Shown here piece by piece: positions 47,166 to 56,988 of a stretch of 64,000 nt of DNA (the first letter of the stretch is position 1; each line of letters opens with the position of its first letter). The position numbers and the translations under genes are program-made. Source of the stretch: Clostridium sp. (GTDB lineage: Bacteria > Bacillota > Clostridia > Clostridiales > Clostridiaceae); assembly GCF_036569345.1 (NCBI RefSeq), contig NZ_DATCQT010000090.1:4201-68200 (forward strand), given 5' to 3'. Below the pieces are notes generated by a model. The model was not told the origin of the DNA. It saw only the letters and a program-made list of their open reading frames with translations, and searched no databases.

Positions 47166-48482
47166 TTATTTTAAAGATATAAAACCCGCTACGAATGAAT
47201 CTCCTAAACCTACAGTACAAACAGGCATACATACTTTTCTACTAGGGGCCACAGCAATTGCTTGAGATTCATTTATTTTGCATATTAAATTTTCATCAAT
47301 TATTCCTTTTTTAATTAATCCCTCTATTTGTTCAATTCCTTCGGTACTAGCAGGAATTTCTTTTATACAATCCCTCAATTCTTCATATCCGCCAAACCAT
47401 CCTGTTCTTGCCCTGTTGCATGATACAAGATTTCCCATAAATAGTGAATCTCTTACCTTAATAGGATTATTCCCAGTTATTCCAACAGAGAAATTTTCCG
47501 TATGTATAATTAATTCCTTAAAATTTAATTCATTATACGTATATAAGGCCTTTTCTAATAAATCATTAATATTCTTAACATCTACTTGCATATTTCTATT
47601 TGCAAGTAAATCCTCAAATTCATTTTCATTCATTCCAATGCAATCAGCAAAATCCAGTACACTAAAAAATATAAGCTCTTTTAATTCCTTATTTTTAGTA
47701 TCCCCATTTTCGAAATATACAAATATATCATTATTTAATGCTTTTATTTGTTTTATACATTTACTTACATAATCTAATTTTTGCTGTAAATTTTCCTTAT
47801 TTGATATAATATTAAATCCAGATAACACAATAGCCCTTATACATTTTGCATTTTCTAAGGCAAATTCTAGAAAGTCTTTATTAAATTCTAGATTTTCATC
47901 TAAGTGCATTATTAATCTATTAGCACGTGGACATTTTATTTCTTTGTCCTTGTCTCCAACTATTAATGATTCATCAAATTCGAATATAAAATGTTCGTAA
48001 GGAGTTTTTTCATAATTGCACTTATCCAACTTTAGTATTTTGTTACCACTTGGTAAATATATATTCTCTCCAAAAAGAAGTGCTTTTAGTTTTTCCGACA
48101 TATAGGTGCTGTGAAGTATTACTTTATTATTTAGCATACTTAGTGCATTACATATTTGGGCTCCTGTTCCCCCTATCTTAAATTCCCACGGAAATTCATT
48201 TTTCATCCACTCACAAATTTCATTGTTTTCCACTAATAATTCTCCACCTCGTCCAGTACTTATATAACTGTACAAAGCACTGTAAAAGTCATTTTTATCT
48301 TTTATTACTGTTTCCTCATTAAACCTTGTATATAGGCATTTATCCTTTATATGTTCTTTGTTCAAATGTGTTACATAATCTATATTTGTAGCAAGCCCTG
48401 TCATAATATATTTGTTTTCATAAGTTTTAGACTTATTTTTACTTTCACTTAAAGCGCTAGTATAAAAGCAATCAACATCCAC
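47166..48482 (-). CDS. ADP-dependent glucokinase/phosphofructokinase family sugar kinase
   Basis: GLATNIDY, KIGGTGAQICNAL, CPRANRLI, LSGFN, MNENE, TVGLGDSFVAG. Confidence 0.82.
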   Translation of the reverse strand: MDVDCFYTSALSESKNKSKTYENKYIMTGLATNIDYVTHLNKEHIKDKCLYTRFNEETVIKDKNDFYSALYSYISTGRGGELLVENNEICEWMKNEFPWEFKIGGTGAQICNALSMLNNKVILHSTYMSEKLKALLFGENIYLPSGNKILKLDKCNYEKTPYEHFIFEFDESLIVGDKDKEIKCPRANRLIMHLDENLEFNKDFLEFALENAKCIRAIVLSGFNIISNKENLQQKLDYVSKCIKQIKALNNDIFVYFENGDTKNKELKELIFFSVLDFADCIGMNENEFEDLLANRNMQVDVKNINDLLEKALYTYNELNFKELIIHTENFSVGITGNNPIKVRDSLFMGNLVSCNRARTGWFGGYEELRDCIKEIPASTEGIEQIEGLIKKGIIDENLICKINESQAIAVAPSRKVCMPVCTVGLGDSFVAGFISLK

Positions 48483-48628
48483 AATAAATCCTCCCGCCTT
48501 TTATTCACATCATACTCAATCTCTACCTGCTATATTTATTAAATATAAATATTTTAATACTTTTCTAGTTTTATCTTACAAGAAATACTTAGAAGCTACT
48601 TCTTGTAAGATGTTTAAATGTGTTTACC

Positions 48629-49582
48629 CTATTTCTTGAAATTTGCTAAATTAGCCTTTGTTACAAGTTGGAATGGTATAAAATATTTTTTTTGTACGGT
48701 CTTTCCACTAGCTACCAGATTCGCTATCTCTATAGCTTTAGCCCCTTGTCCCTTTGCATCTTGAAAAACAGTTGCTATGAATTTTCCATCTTCTACAGCT
48801 TTTAACGCATCCGGAATTGCATCTATGCCTATGACTTTAATCTTATCTTTTTTACCTGCTGCTTCAATAGCATTGTATGCCCCTATGCCCATTTCATCGT
48901 TTTGTGCTACAACACAATTAATATCTAGCTTTGCTTGAATCCAATTTTCCATTAATGCCATGCCTTGAGCTCTATCCCAATTAGCTGATTGCTCTGCCAA
49001 TAATTTTATATTTGGGTTTTTAGCAAGTATTTGTTTAATCCCTTGTGTTCTTTGTACTTCAGCAGAGTTTCCCATTGGTCCATGCATTATTACTATGTTA
49101 CCTTTACCTTTTAATAAATCAGCAGCATATTTCATTTCTATAGTTCCTGCTTCTACATCATTTGATCCAACATATGCCGTTGCCTTGTCAATGTTTGAAA
49201 CTAGTGAATTAACTATAATAATTGGAATATTAGCTGCAACTGCCTTGTCGACTACTGGAGCACAAGCATTGGAATCTGTAGGAGCCATAACTATTGCGTC
49301 AACTTTCTGAGAAATCAAGCTTTCTGCTTGAGATATTTGTTTTGCTGCATCCCCCTGGCCGTCCAACCCAACGAACTCTACTCCTAACTCCTTTGCTTTT
49401 GCTTCAGCTGCACTTTTCATGTAAACCTGGAATTCATTACTTAAATTAGTGTTAATAAAACCTATCTTAATCTTTTTATTGTTACTCCCAGAGGTTGCAG
49501 TACTCTGTTTTCCACATCCTGTCAACGGCGCAAGCACCAACAATAAAGCTAGAAGTGTACCGATAACTCTTTTTTTATTCAT
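48629..49582 (-). CDS. Sugar ABC transporter substrate-binding lipoprotein (RbsB-like)
   Basis: Lipobox LTGC, QISQAESLI, ANWDRAQG, AQNDEMGIGA, GIDA. Confidence 0.92.
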   Translation of the reverse strand: MNKKRVIGTLLALLLVLAPLTGCGKQSTATSGSNNKKIKIGFINTNLSNEFQVYMKSAAEAKAKELGVEFVGLDGQGDAAKQISQAESLISQKVDAIVMAPTDSNACAPVVDKAVAANIPIIIVNSLVSNIDKATAYVGSNDVEAGTIEMKYAADLLKGKGNIVIMHGPMGNSAEVQRTQGIKQILAKNPNIKLLAEQSANWDRAQGMALMENWIQAKLDINCVVAQNDEMGIGAYNAIEAAGKKDKIKVIGIDAIPDALKAVEDGKFIATVFQDAKGQGAKAIEIANLVASGKTVQKKYFIPFQLVTKANLANFKK

Positions 49583-49656
49583 AATATTTCCCCCTTAATT
49601 TACTCAAATTTGAGTATCTTTTATTAATTGAATTAGGAATAAGTATTTACTCCTAA

Positions 49657-50634
49657 TTAATTTTTTGAATTATTTTTCTTATCAAAATATACTGCCCCCA
49701 CTATTATGACGCCTTTAACAATTTGTTGGTAATACGATGGCACATTTAACAAATCTAATCCATTATTCATAACTCCTATAATTAAAGCACCTATAACAGT
49801 ACCTTTGATTGATCCTTTACCACCACTTAAACTCGTGCCACCTATAACTACAGCCGCAATAGCATCTAATTCATACCCTTGTCCTGCAACAACTGTACCA
49901 GCCATAACTCTTGAGGATAGTATAACTCCTGCTAATCCAGTTAAAGTTCCTGCTAATCCATATACTAAAATTTTAATTTTATTTATATTTAAACCTGATA
50001 CCTCGGCTGAAACTTCATTCCCACCAATTGCATAAACATGACGACCAAACCTTGTATATTTCAGTATAAAGTTTGCTAAAACTATTACTACTATAAGAAT
50101 TATTACCGGTATCGGTATACCTATTATATATCCGCCACCAATATTATTATAAGAAGTACTTAAGTCAATTACAGGCCTTCCAGACTTATACACTAATGTA
50201 AGCCCTCTTGCTGTGGTCAGCATACCTAATGTAACTATGAAAGGAGCAACCTTGCCTTTTGCTATTATGAAGCCATTAGCTAGACCACATAATAGCCCTA
50301 TTCCAACTCCAATAATTATTGAAACAATTAACGGATATTGCCCTGGATGTGCGAAATCACAAGCCACTATTGAAGAAAATGCCAAAACCGAACCCGGTGA
50401 AAGATCAATTCCACCAGTAATAATTATAAAAGTCATTCCTACAGCTATTATTCCATTTATTGAAATTTGTCTTAATATATTCATAACATTGTCAACTGTC
50501 AAGAAGTTTTCATTAGCTAAAGTAAGTATTATACATAGCAATATAAAAACTATATATATTCCATATTCCAATAGATATCCCTTTACATTATCAATAAAAC
50601 TAACTGTTTCCTTTTTATCTAAAACCGCTTTCAT
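49657..50634 (-). CDS. Sugar ABC transporter permease (RbsC-like)
   Basis: GGIDLSPG, APFIVTLG, TRFGRHVYAIGGN, YELDAIAAVVIGGTSLSGG. Confidence 0.93.
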   Translation of the reverse strand: MKAVLDKKETVSFIDNVKGYLLEYGIYIVFILLCIILTLANENFLTVDNVMNILRQISINGIIAVGMTFIIITGGIDLSPGSVLAFSSIVACDFAHPGQYPLIVSIIIGVGIGLLCGLANGFIIAKGKVAPFIVTLGMLTTARGLTLVYKSGRPVIDLSTSYNNIGGGYIIGIPIPVIILIVVIVLANFILKYTRFGRHVYAIGGNEVSAEVSGLNINKIKILVYGLAGTLTGLAGVILSSRVMAGTVVAGQGYELDAIAAVVIGGTSLSGGKGSIKGTVIGALIIGVMNNGLDLLNVPSYYQQIVKGVIIVGAVYFDKKNNSKN

Positions 50635-52151
50635 TAAACAACTTCCCCCTTTTTATGACCAGCTGCACAAGCCATTATTTTCTCTTGACTAATTTCATCT
50701 CTCCTAAATTCACCGGTAATTTCACCTTCATATAGAACTATGACCCTATCACTCATTCCAATTACTTCAGGCATTTCTGAAGAAATCATTATTATTGCTT
50801 TTCCTTCACTTGCTAATTGACTCATTATACTGTAAATTTCAGATTTAGCTCCTATATCTATCCCTCTTGTTGGTTCATCAAGGATTATTACATCGGGGTT
50901 ACCAGAAATCCACTTTGCCATCACAACTTTTTGTTGATTACCCCCACTTAAATTATTTACACTTTGATTCAATGAATGAGTTTTAATATTAAACCTCTTA
51001 ACTAAATCCTTAGCAACTTCCTTCTCTTTTGAACCATCTATTATGTTATTCCATAGACAATACTTCTTAAGATTAACCAATGTTATATTTTCTTTAACGC
51101 TAAATTTTAAATTTAACCCTTTCAAGCTTCTATCTTCAGAAACAAAAGCAAGTCCTAACTTTATTGCATCCCTCGGCTTATTAATAACTACTGATTTACC
51201 TTTAAGAAGTATCTCTCCCGAATCAGCCTTATTGACACCAAATATAGCTTCTACTATTTCGGTTCTGCCAGCTCCCATAAGTCCAGCAATGCCCAAAATT
51301 TCTCCCTTTTGAACTTTAAAATTAATATTTTTAAATTTAGCTTCTTTACTAAAATTTTTGACTTCTAATGCAACTTCACCTACTTTAGTACTTTTTTTCA
51401 TAAAGACATCCTTTAATTCTCTTCCTACCATAAGTGATATTAATTTTTGATTATTAAGTTCTCCGGCAGTGCTTGTTTCAATATGCTTACCATCTCTTAG
51501 TACTGTGATATAATCTGAAATTTTAAAGATCTCTTCCATTTTATGAGAAATATATATTATACTCTTGCCTTTCTTTTTCAGCTCATTAATTAGTATGAAA
51601 AGCTTTTCAGTTTCCCTGGCGGTGATTGCAGAGGTAGGCTCATCCATAATAATTATATTTGAATTAAATGATATTGCTTTTGCAATTTCCACCATTTGCG
51701 CTTCTGCCACACTTAACTTTGAAAGTTTAATATTAGGATTCATCTTAACACCAATAGTATTTAGATAATAAATTGTTTGTTCTTTAATTTCCTTGTTGTT
51801 TATGATTTGAAAATGTTTTGTAGGCTCGCGACCAATAAACATATTTTCTGCAATAGTCATTTCTGGAATGAAATTTAGTTCTTGATGAATCATTGATATC
51901 CCATTTTTAAGTGCTTCTTTTGTATTGTTAATAATCACCTTATCCCCATTTAAAATGATTTCTCCACCATCCGGTTTATACATACCATTTAATATTTTCA
52001 TTAATGTTGACTTGCCTGCTCCATTTTCCCCCATTAGAGTATGTACAGAGCCCTTTTTCACTTTAATTGTTACATTATCTAGCACTTTAGCTCCTGAAAA
52101 AACTTTAGTTATATTGTTCATTTCCAAGACATATTCAGTTTCATTAATCAT
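50634..52151 (-). CDS. Sugar ABC transporter ATP-binding protein (RbsA/MglA-like)
   Basis: GENGAGKST, MDEPT, LSGGNQQKV, DEPTRGIDIG. Confidence 0.93.
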   Translation of the reverse strand: MINETEYVLEMNNITKVFSGAKVLDNVTIKVKKGSVHTLMGENGAGKSTLMKILNGMYKPDGGEIILNGDKVIINNTKEALKNGISMIHQELNFIPEMTIAENMFIGREPTKHFQIINNKEIKEQTIYYLNTIGVKMNPNIKLSKLSVAEAQMVEIAKAISFNSNIIIMDEPTSAITARETEKLFILINELKKKGKSIIYISHKMEEIFKISDYITVLRDGKHIETSTAGELNNQKLISLMVGRELKDVFMKKSTKVGEVALEVKNFSKEAKFKNINFKVQKGEILGIAGLMGAGRTEIVEAIFGVNKADSGEILLKGKSVVINKPRDAIKLGLAFVSEDRSLKGLNLKFSVKENITLVNLKKYCLWNNIIDGSKEKEVAKDLVKRFNIKTHSLNQSVNNLSGGNQQKVVMAKWISGNPDVIILDEPTRGIDIGAKSEIYSIMSQLASEGKAIIMISSEMPEVIGMSDRVIVLYEGEITGEFRRDEISQEKIMACAAGHKKGEVV

Positions 52152-52226
52152 ATTCCCACCCCCCCATTTAATTTTAACCTCTTAATTATTATTTGATTCC
52201 AAACTAATGTAAATTAAATTGTTTCC

Positions 52227-53105
52227 TTAAACTTTATCATCGGCCATAGATTCTTCATGCTCACTAATCCAACTATAAGCATCCCGTTTTTCTACAGCCA
52301 ATAATAAAAATAGAGTTTCTATAACAACCATAGAAGGTATTCTTGTAAAACTGAATTCATCGAAGAATAATTTTTCTCTTACTGCTGTATTTATTTGATA
52401 TTTACATTTATTGGCCAATGGAGACTTTTCATGACTAGTAATACAAATTGTAGTGGCCTGTTTCCCATTTGCAACATCAATTAAAGTTAATAGCCTCTTC
52501 GAAGAACCTGAATTAGATACCGCAATTACAACATCTTTTTCAGTTAAGGTATATACAAAAGCAAGTTGATTTTCCCATATGGTACTTGATACAGATGCTA
52601 TACCTATCTGATTGAATTTATATGCTCCATCTAAAGTTATAGGTATGGAATTTCCTAATGCTGCAAACTGAACTATTCTAGCATTCTTAATTGCATCTAA
52701 TATTTTTTTTAGTGTATCTTCATTCATCATTGATATAGTTTGCCTTAGCTCTTCAATTTTGTTGGCCAATATATTCTGAAGAGACTGTCCTATGTTATTT
52801 ATATCCAAATCATTAGATATATTTTTGTCTTCTGAATTTACAATCTCCTTAGCAAGTTGTATTTTCATGTGATGAAATCCCTTGAAGTCACTTTTTTTGC
52901 AAAACCTTATTATTGTAGCCTCGCTAACGTTACTTTGGAAGGACAGCTCAGAAACTGTCATATCTATAACCTTTTCTTGATTATTTAAAACATAATCAGC
53001 AACTTTTTTTTCTGCTTCGAATAGATTTTCATAAATTACTAAAATTTGATGTAATGCACTTTTCCCATTATTTTTCAATTCCAATAGCCCCTTAATTTTC
53101 GTCAT
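52227..53105 (-). CDS. MurR/RpiR family transcriptional regulator
   Basis: AEKKVADYV, VSEATIIRFCKK.DFKGF HTH; SIS domain VSNSGSS. Confidence 0.9.
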   Translation of the reverse strand: MTKIKGLLELKNNGKSALHQILVIYENLFEAEKKVADYVLNNQEKVIDMTVSELSFQSNVSEATIIRFCKKSDFKGFHHMKIQLAKEIVNSEDKNISNDLDINNIGQSLQNILANKIEELRQTISMMNEDTLKKILDAIKNARIVQFAALGNSIPITLDGAYKFNQIGIASVSSTIWENQLAFVYTLTEKDVVIAVSNSGSSKRLLTLIDVANGKQATTICITSHEKSPLANKCKYQINTAVREKLFFDEFSFTRIPSMVVIETLFLLLAVEKRDAYSWISEHEESMADDKV

Positions 53106-53165
53106 TAGATAGTTTTATTATTACATTGAGTCATATGATTAAATAGTAACTCAATATTTTCTTAT

Positions 53166-54428
53166 TTACACCTCTGGAGCATACTTAATCAAATAGTCTT
53201 CTGCTTCTGCATTCCATAGTCCATCATGTTTCTCTACTATTTTACCCAGCTCCTTAAGTAAATCATTATCACTAGCATTTTTCATATCATTAATTGCTGT
53301 TAACTTTAGGCATTTGTGAGTATACACTATCTTCTTACCACCTTCTATGTTAGGAAGGCTTAATGTAATTTTAACTGCATCATCCAGGCCAAGAATATGT
53401 GTTGCAATCTTTGCAACATTAATCTTCTTACCTTCAATCAATCTTAGCGCTTGTCTCATGTCATCTGTATTTCCTCCACTGGTACCAACTACATGGATTG
53501 CATTATAATGAACATTATAGAAATTAAATTCAGCTGAGAAATTCTTATCCTGTGGACCAGCAAAGAAATTTAAACAACCATCATATGCTAAAATAGATGT
53601 TCCTGATTCAACTAATGATTTTACTGGAGCGAGAATAAATACATCGTCAAATCCTTTGTCCCCTTCAGTTAGCCCTCGCAAATAACCTGCATCATCACTC
53701 AGACCTTTAGTATTAACGTACTTAAGTGTAATTCCTTGTTTCTTTGCCTCTTGTTCTGTATATAATTCACGTGCGAAATCTATCTTTTGTTGTGTACGTC
53801 CTGTAACTACAAGAAGCTTAGGCCTTTTAGGACCGTGTAGCGCAAAATCTATAGCTAAAAATCCCATTGGTCCGGTTGCTCCCAATAAAGCCAAGTTTCC
53901 ACCTTCACGTATACCCATTTCATGTTCATATCCACCACCAGATACCATATGATAGTTCGCATTAAATGCTCCTATGACACAAGACATTGGTTCTACTAAG
54001 GAGCCTTCAAAATATGACTCACCACTATAGGCTAGCAAACAATCCTTTTCCATAACAACGTTTGGAATTAAGATTATAGTGGCATCTCCTCCTATATAAT
54101 TATAGGAATACCCAGGAGCTAATCCTCCTTCTAAACCTAAATTTGGTTGAATTACAAATTTATCTCCTTCTTTATATTTTTCTCTCCACTTGTTACCAAC
54201 CTTTAGGATTTTCCCACAAAACTCATGTCCAACGATTACTGGATTTTCCCATACATCGTCCGGTACCTTTTTATGATTTTCTCCTTGCACTGTAGCTTTA
54301 TAACTTGACATACATAAACTATCACTCACTATTTCCGCAATTATTTCATCATCTTTCATTTCAGGCAATTCAAATTCCTCTAATCTCAAATCTTTTTTTC
54401 CATATAATCTTAACGCTTTAGTTTTCAA
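53166..54428 (-). CDS. sorE: L-sorbose-1-phosphate reductase-like zinc-binding dehydrogenase
   Basis: MKTKALRLYGKKDLRLEEFELP, SDSLCMSSYKA, VGHEFCG, EPMSCVIG, VVGTSGGNTDDM, GGKKIVY. Confidence 0.8.
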   Translation of the reverse strand: MKTKALRLYGKKDLRLEEFELPEMKDDEIIAEIVSDSLCMSSYKATVQGENHKKVPDDVWENPVIVGHEFCGKILKVGNKWREKYKEGDKFVIQPNLGLEGGLAPGYSYNYIGGDATIILIPNVVMEKDCLLAYSGESYFEGSLVEPMSCVIGAFNANYHMVSGGGYEHEMGIREGGNLALLGATGPMGFLAIDFALHGPKRPKLLVVTGRTQQKIDFARELYTEQEAKKQGITLKYVNTKGLSDDAGYLRGLTEGDKGFDDVFILAPVKSLVESGTSILAYDGCLNFFAGPQDKNFSAEFNFYNVHYNAIHVVGTSGGNTDDMRQALRLIEGKKINVAKIATHILGLDDAVKITLSLPNIEGGKKIVYTHKCLKLTAINDMKNASDNDLLKELGKIVEKHDGLWNAEAEDYLIKYAPEV

Positions 54429-54514
54429 GTTAAATCCACTTCCTTCATTAATTGTCTTTTATAACTCACACTCAACCCATAACTTTATGGAAAACTCACC
54501 TCATGTAACCCTCC

Positions 54515-55345
54515 TTATCCTCTTGTTTTTCCACCAGCTATATTATAAGTTACTCCATGAATATAGCTGGCTCTATCGGACGCCAGGTAGCAAACCAGAT
54601 CTGCAACTTCGCTTAATTTCCCAGGTCTTCCAATAGGAGTAATAGAACTATTAATATATCCTTTTCTTAAGTCATCTATAGTAATATTACGAGTATAAGA
54701 TAACGCTGTTTCATATTCAATGGTTCTTAATCCAGTTGCTTCTAAAATACCTGGTGCTACCCCAACAACTCTAATACCTTTTTTACCTAATTCTTTTGCC
54801 CAAGATCTTGTAAATGAATTAACAGCATTTTTCGTTGCCGCATAAGCACTTTGTCCTTCTGATCCTTCAAGTCCACATTCAGATGACATATTTATTATTA
54901 CACCAGAACCCTCTTTAATCATTTCTCGTGCGACAGCTTGAGCACAAAAAAATACACCCTTTTGGTTAACGTTTACAATTTTATCAAAAGTACTTTCATC
55001 TAGCTCATATTTCCCATACGGTTCTTTATCATCTACTAACAATCTTGGAATATTTATTCCAGCATTGTTTACTAAAATATCAATTTTACCAAAAATTTTC
55101 TTTGCCTTAAGTACCATTTTATTAACACTATCTAAACTTGTCACGTCTGTGTTTATATATATCATTTTGCCATTATCACCATTTTTGTCAAACTGAAGTT
55201 CCTTGGAACTCATATCACTCACAACTACATTTGCGCCATTTTCTAAAAATTCTTGTGCTATTTCTTTACCTATTCCTGATGCACCACCTGTAACAATTAC
55301 TGTTTTTGACCTCAACTCATCCAACCACTTACCCATATTATCCAC
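54515..55345 (-). CDS. sorD: Sorbitol-6-phosphate 2-dehydrogenase-like SDR
   Basis: TGGASGIG, NNAGINIPRLLVD, GLEGSEGQSAYAATK, NSFTRSWAKELG, NIAGGKTRG. Confidence 0.82.
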   Translation of the reverse strand: MDNMGKWLDELRSKTVIVTGGASGIGKEIAQEFLENGANVVVSDMSSKELQFDKNGDNGKMIYINTDVTSLDSVNKMVLKAKKIFGKIDILVNNAGINIPRLLVDDKEPYGKYELDESTFDKIVNVNQKGVFFCAQAVAREMIKEGSGVIINMSSECGLEGSEGQSAYAATKNAVNSFTRSWAKELGKKGIRVVGVAPGILEATGLRTIEYETALSYTRNITIDDLRKGYINSSITPIGRPGKLSEVADLVCYLASDRASYIHGVTYNIAGGKTRG

Positions 55346-55420
55346 CCTTCTTATACTTATCCTAACAAAGGACTAAATTGATCTTTATTAAAAATATTTA
55401 TTTTCTACAATCAAGCTTGA

Positions 55421-55478
55421 CGAAGTTTTATTTTCTCTATTATAATTTTATGATAATACGCGAAGTTTTATTTGTCAA
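55421..55478 (-). promoter_or_regulatory. SigA promoter TTGACA-N17-TATCAT with two 13-bp direct-repeat operator candidates
   Basis: cgaagttttattt at 55421-55433 and 55461-55473; -35 at 55473-55478, upstream of sorD. Confidence 0.65.
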
Positions 55479-55579
55479 TACAATATTTATAAAAAATTTT
55501 ATTTCTTACCTTTAATACAATTATATTATAATTTTAATATTTAATACCTCGCAATACATTAATTGTAATTTTCTATCCA

Positions 55580-56084
55580 TTATAATTTCTCTGTATGTCC
55601 ACTTATATCGAGCATTGTCCCTGATATTTTCTGCCTATATTTTAAAACCTCGTAATCCGTACAATGGCATCTTTGTTGACCATAATAACCACAAGAACAA
55701 GGATTCATAGCAGCTATAAGCATGAAACTTGATGGATAAACATTGGCATGTTTAACTCTAGCAATAGTTACATTATTGTCTTCCACAGGCTGCCTTAAAG
55801 CATCTAAAGTTTTCTTATTAAACCCTGCGATTTCGTCTAAAAATAATACACCGTTATGCGCAAGCGAAATCTCCCCGGGCATAGCATTATTACCTCCACC
55901 TACAAGTGAATTCATAGAAGCATTGTGATGTGGTGATCTGAACGGTCTCTCTGTAAACTTGAAAATCTTCTTCGTCTCTAAATATGTCATTTCTATGATT
56001 ACCACGAGCTATAATATGGAGTAAAGTTACACCCTCTGAAATCTGTGCCAACAAAATACACATCCTGTTTTTTAACTTATTCAC
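55580..56084 (-). pseudogene. Collapsed relic: RAYT 5' fragment joined to an internal comM fragment
   Basis: HIIARGNHRNDIFRDEEDFQVY (RAYT) joins TERPFRSPHHNAS..ISGTMLD (comM); ~55607-55957 is roughly 90% identical by eye to 60345-60692. Confidence 0.88.
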
Positions 56085-56119
56085 TATTTACCTAAACGTA
56101 ACAATGGATTTTTATCAAT

Positions 56120-56300
56120 GTCATGAAACCTTAGCTTCACGACGAAAAAACTACTTAAATATATTATTGCATATATTTAAGTAGTTCCATACCCTGGCTA
56201 TCGCCAAGTTTTTTCATCTCTCTTTTACCAAATTTTTCAACTCTCCAACCAAACTTCTCATCTGCTTAATTCGCATCAGATGTCCCATCTTCGCCTTGCC
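56120..56300 (-). repeat. Dispersed repeat family copy (24-bp hairpin, terminator-like stem, ~110-bp conserved tract)
   Basis: gtcatgaaaccttagcttcacgac; aactacttaaat/atttaagtagtt; ctggctatcgccaagtttttt..aaacttctcatctgcttaattcgcatcagatgtcccatcttcgcc. Confidence 0.85.
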
Positions 56301-56457
56301 ATAGAGCTAGATATAATAAAACAAATTGATATAAACACCTATTTAGCTATTTATATACTTGTATTACCCTTCATACAATAAAATATGTTATAATTTTATA
56401 TGAAGTAGTTAAACATTATAATAGTTATATTAAACCGAAACATACAGGAGGATATAT

Positions 56458-56988
56458 ATGAGCAGTAAAAATCTACAGGATTTTTTGAATAAGAATACAG
56501 AAAAAGAATCTAAAGAAAATAGCATAGATTGGGAAGTCCAAAAAAAATTTTGGTTACAGTCAGTAGACCATTTTTATTCTGATGTAAAAGAATGGCTTAA
56601 ACCATTTATAGATAAAAATCAAGTTCGAATAGAATTTAAAAATATTACTTTGCAAGAAGACCATATTGGAAAATATGATATAGACGCTATGTACATTTAT
56701 ATTTCAAATGAAAAAGTATTTTTTGAACCGATTGGCACTTTATTAGTTGGAGCCCGTGGAAGAATAGACATGAATGGAAAAAATGGAGTAACAAAATTTT
56801 TGTTAGTGGGTGAAAGTTCAAAAGGATTTAAAATTACCGTTACAGTAGGGAATGAAACACCTATAAAGACTGAAGATACAACTAAAGAAAAATTGGTTTG
56901 GAAGATATCTACACCACTTCCAAATATAAAGTTTTTAACATTAAATAGTGATTCCTTTTCAGACGCTCTGTTGAGCATAATAGAATGA
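56458..56988 (+). CDS. Hypothetical protein, first gene of a coupled pair
   Basis: 176-aa ORF, RBS caggagg; ATGA overlap with the next gene. Confidence 0.8.
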   Translation: MSSKNLQDFLNKNTEKESKENSIDWEVQKKFWLQSVDHFYSDVKEWLKPFIDKNQVRIEFKNITLQEDHIGKYDIDAMYIYISNEKVFFEPIGTLLVGARGRIDMNGKNGVTKFLLVGESSKGFKITVTVGNETPIKTEDTTKEKLVWKISTPLPNIKFLTLNSDSFSDALLSIIE

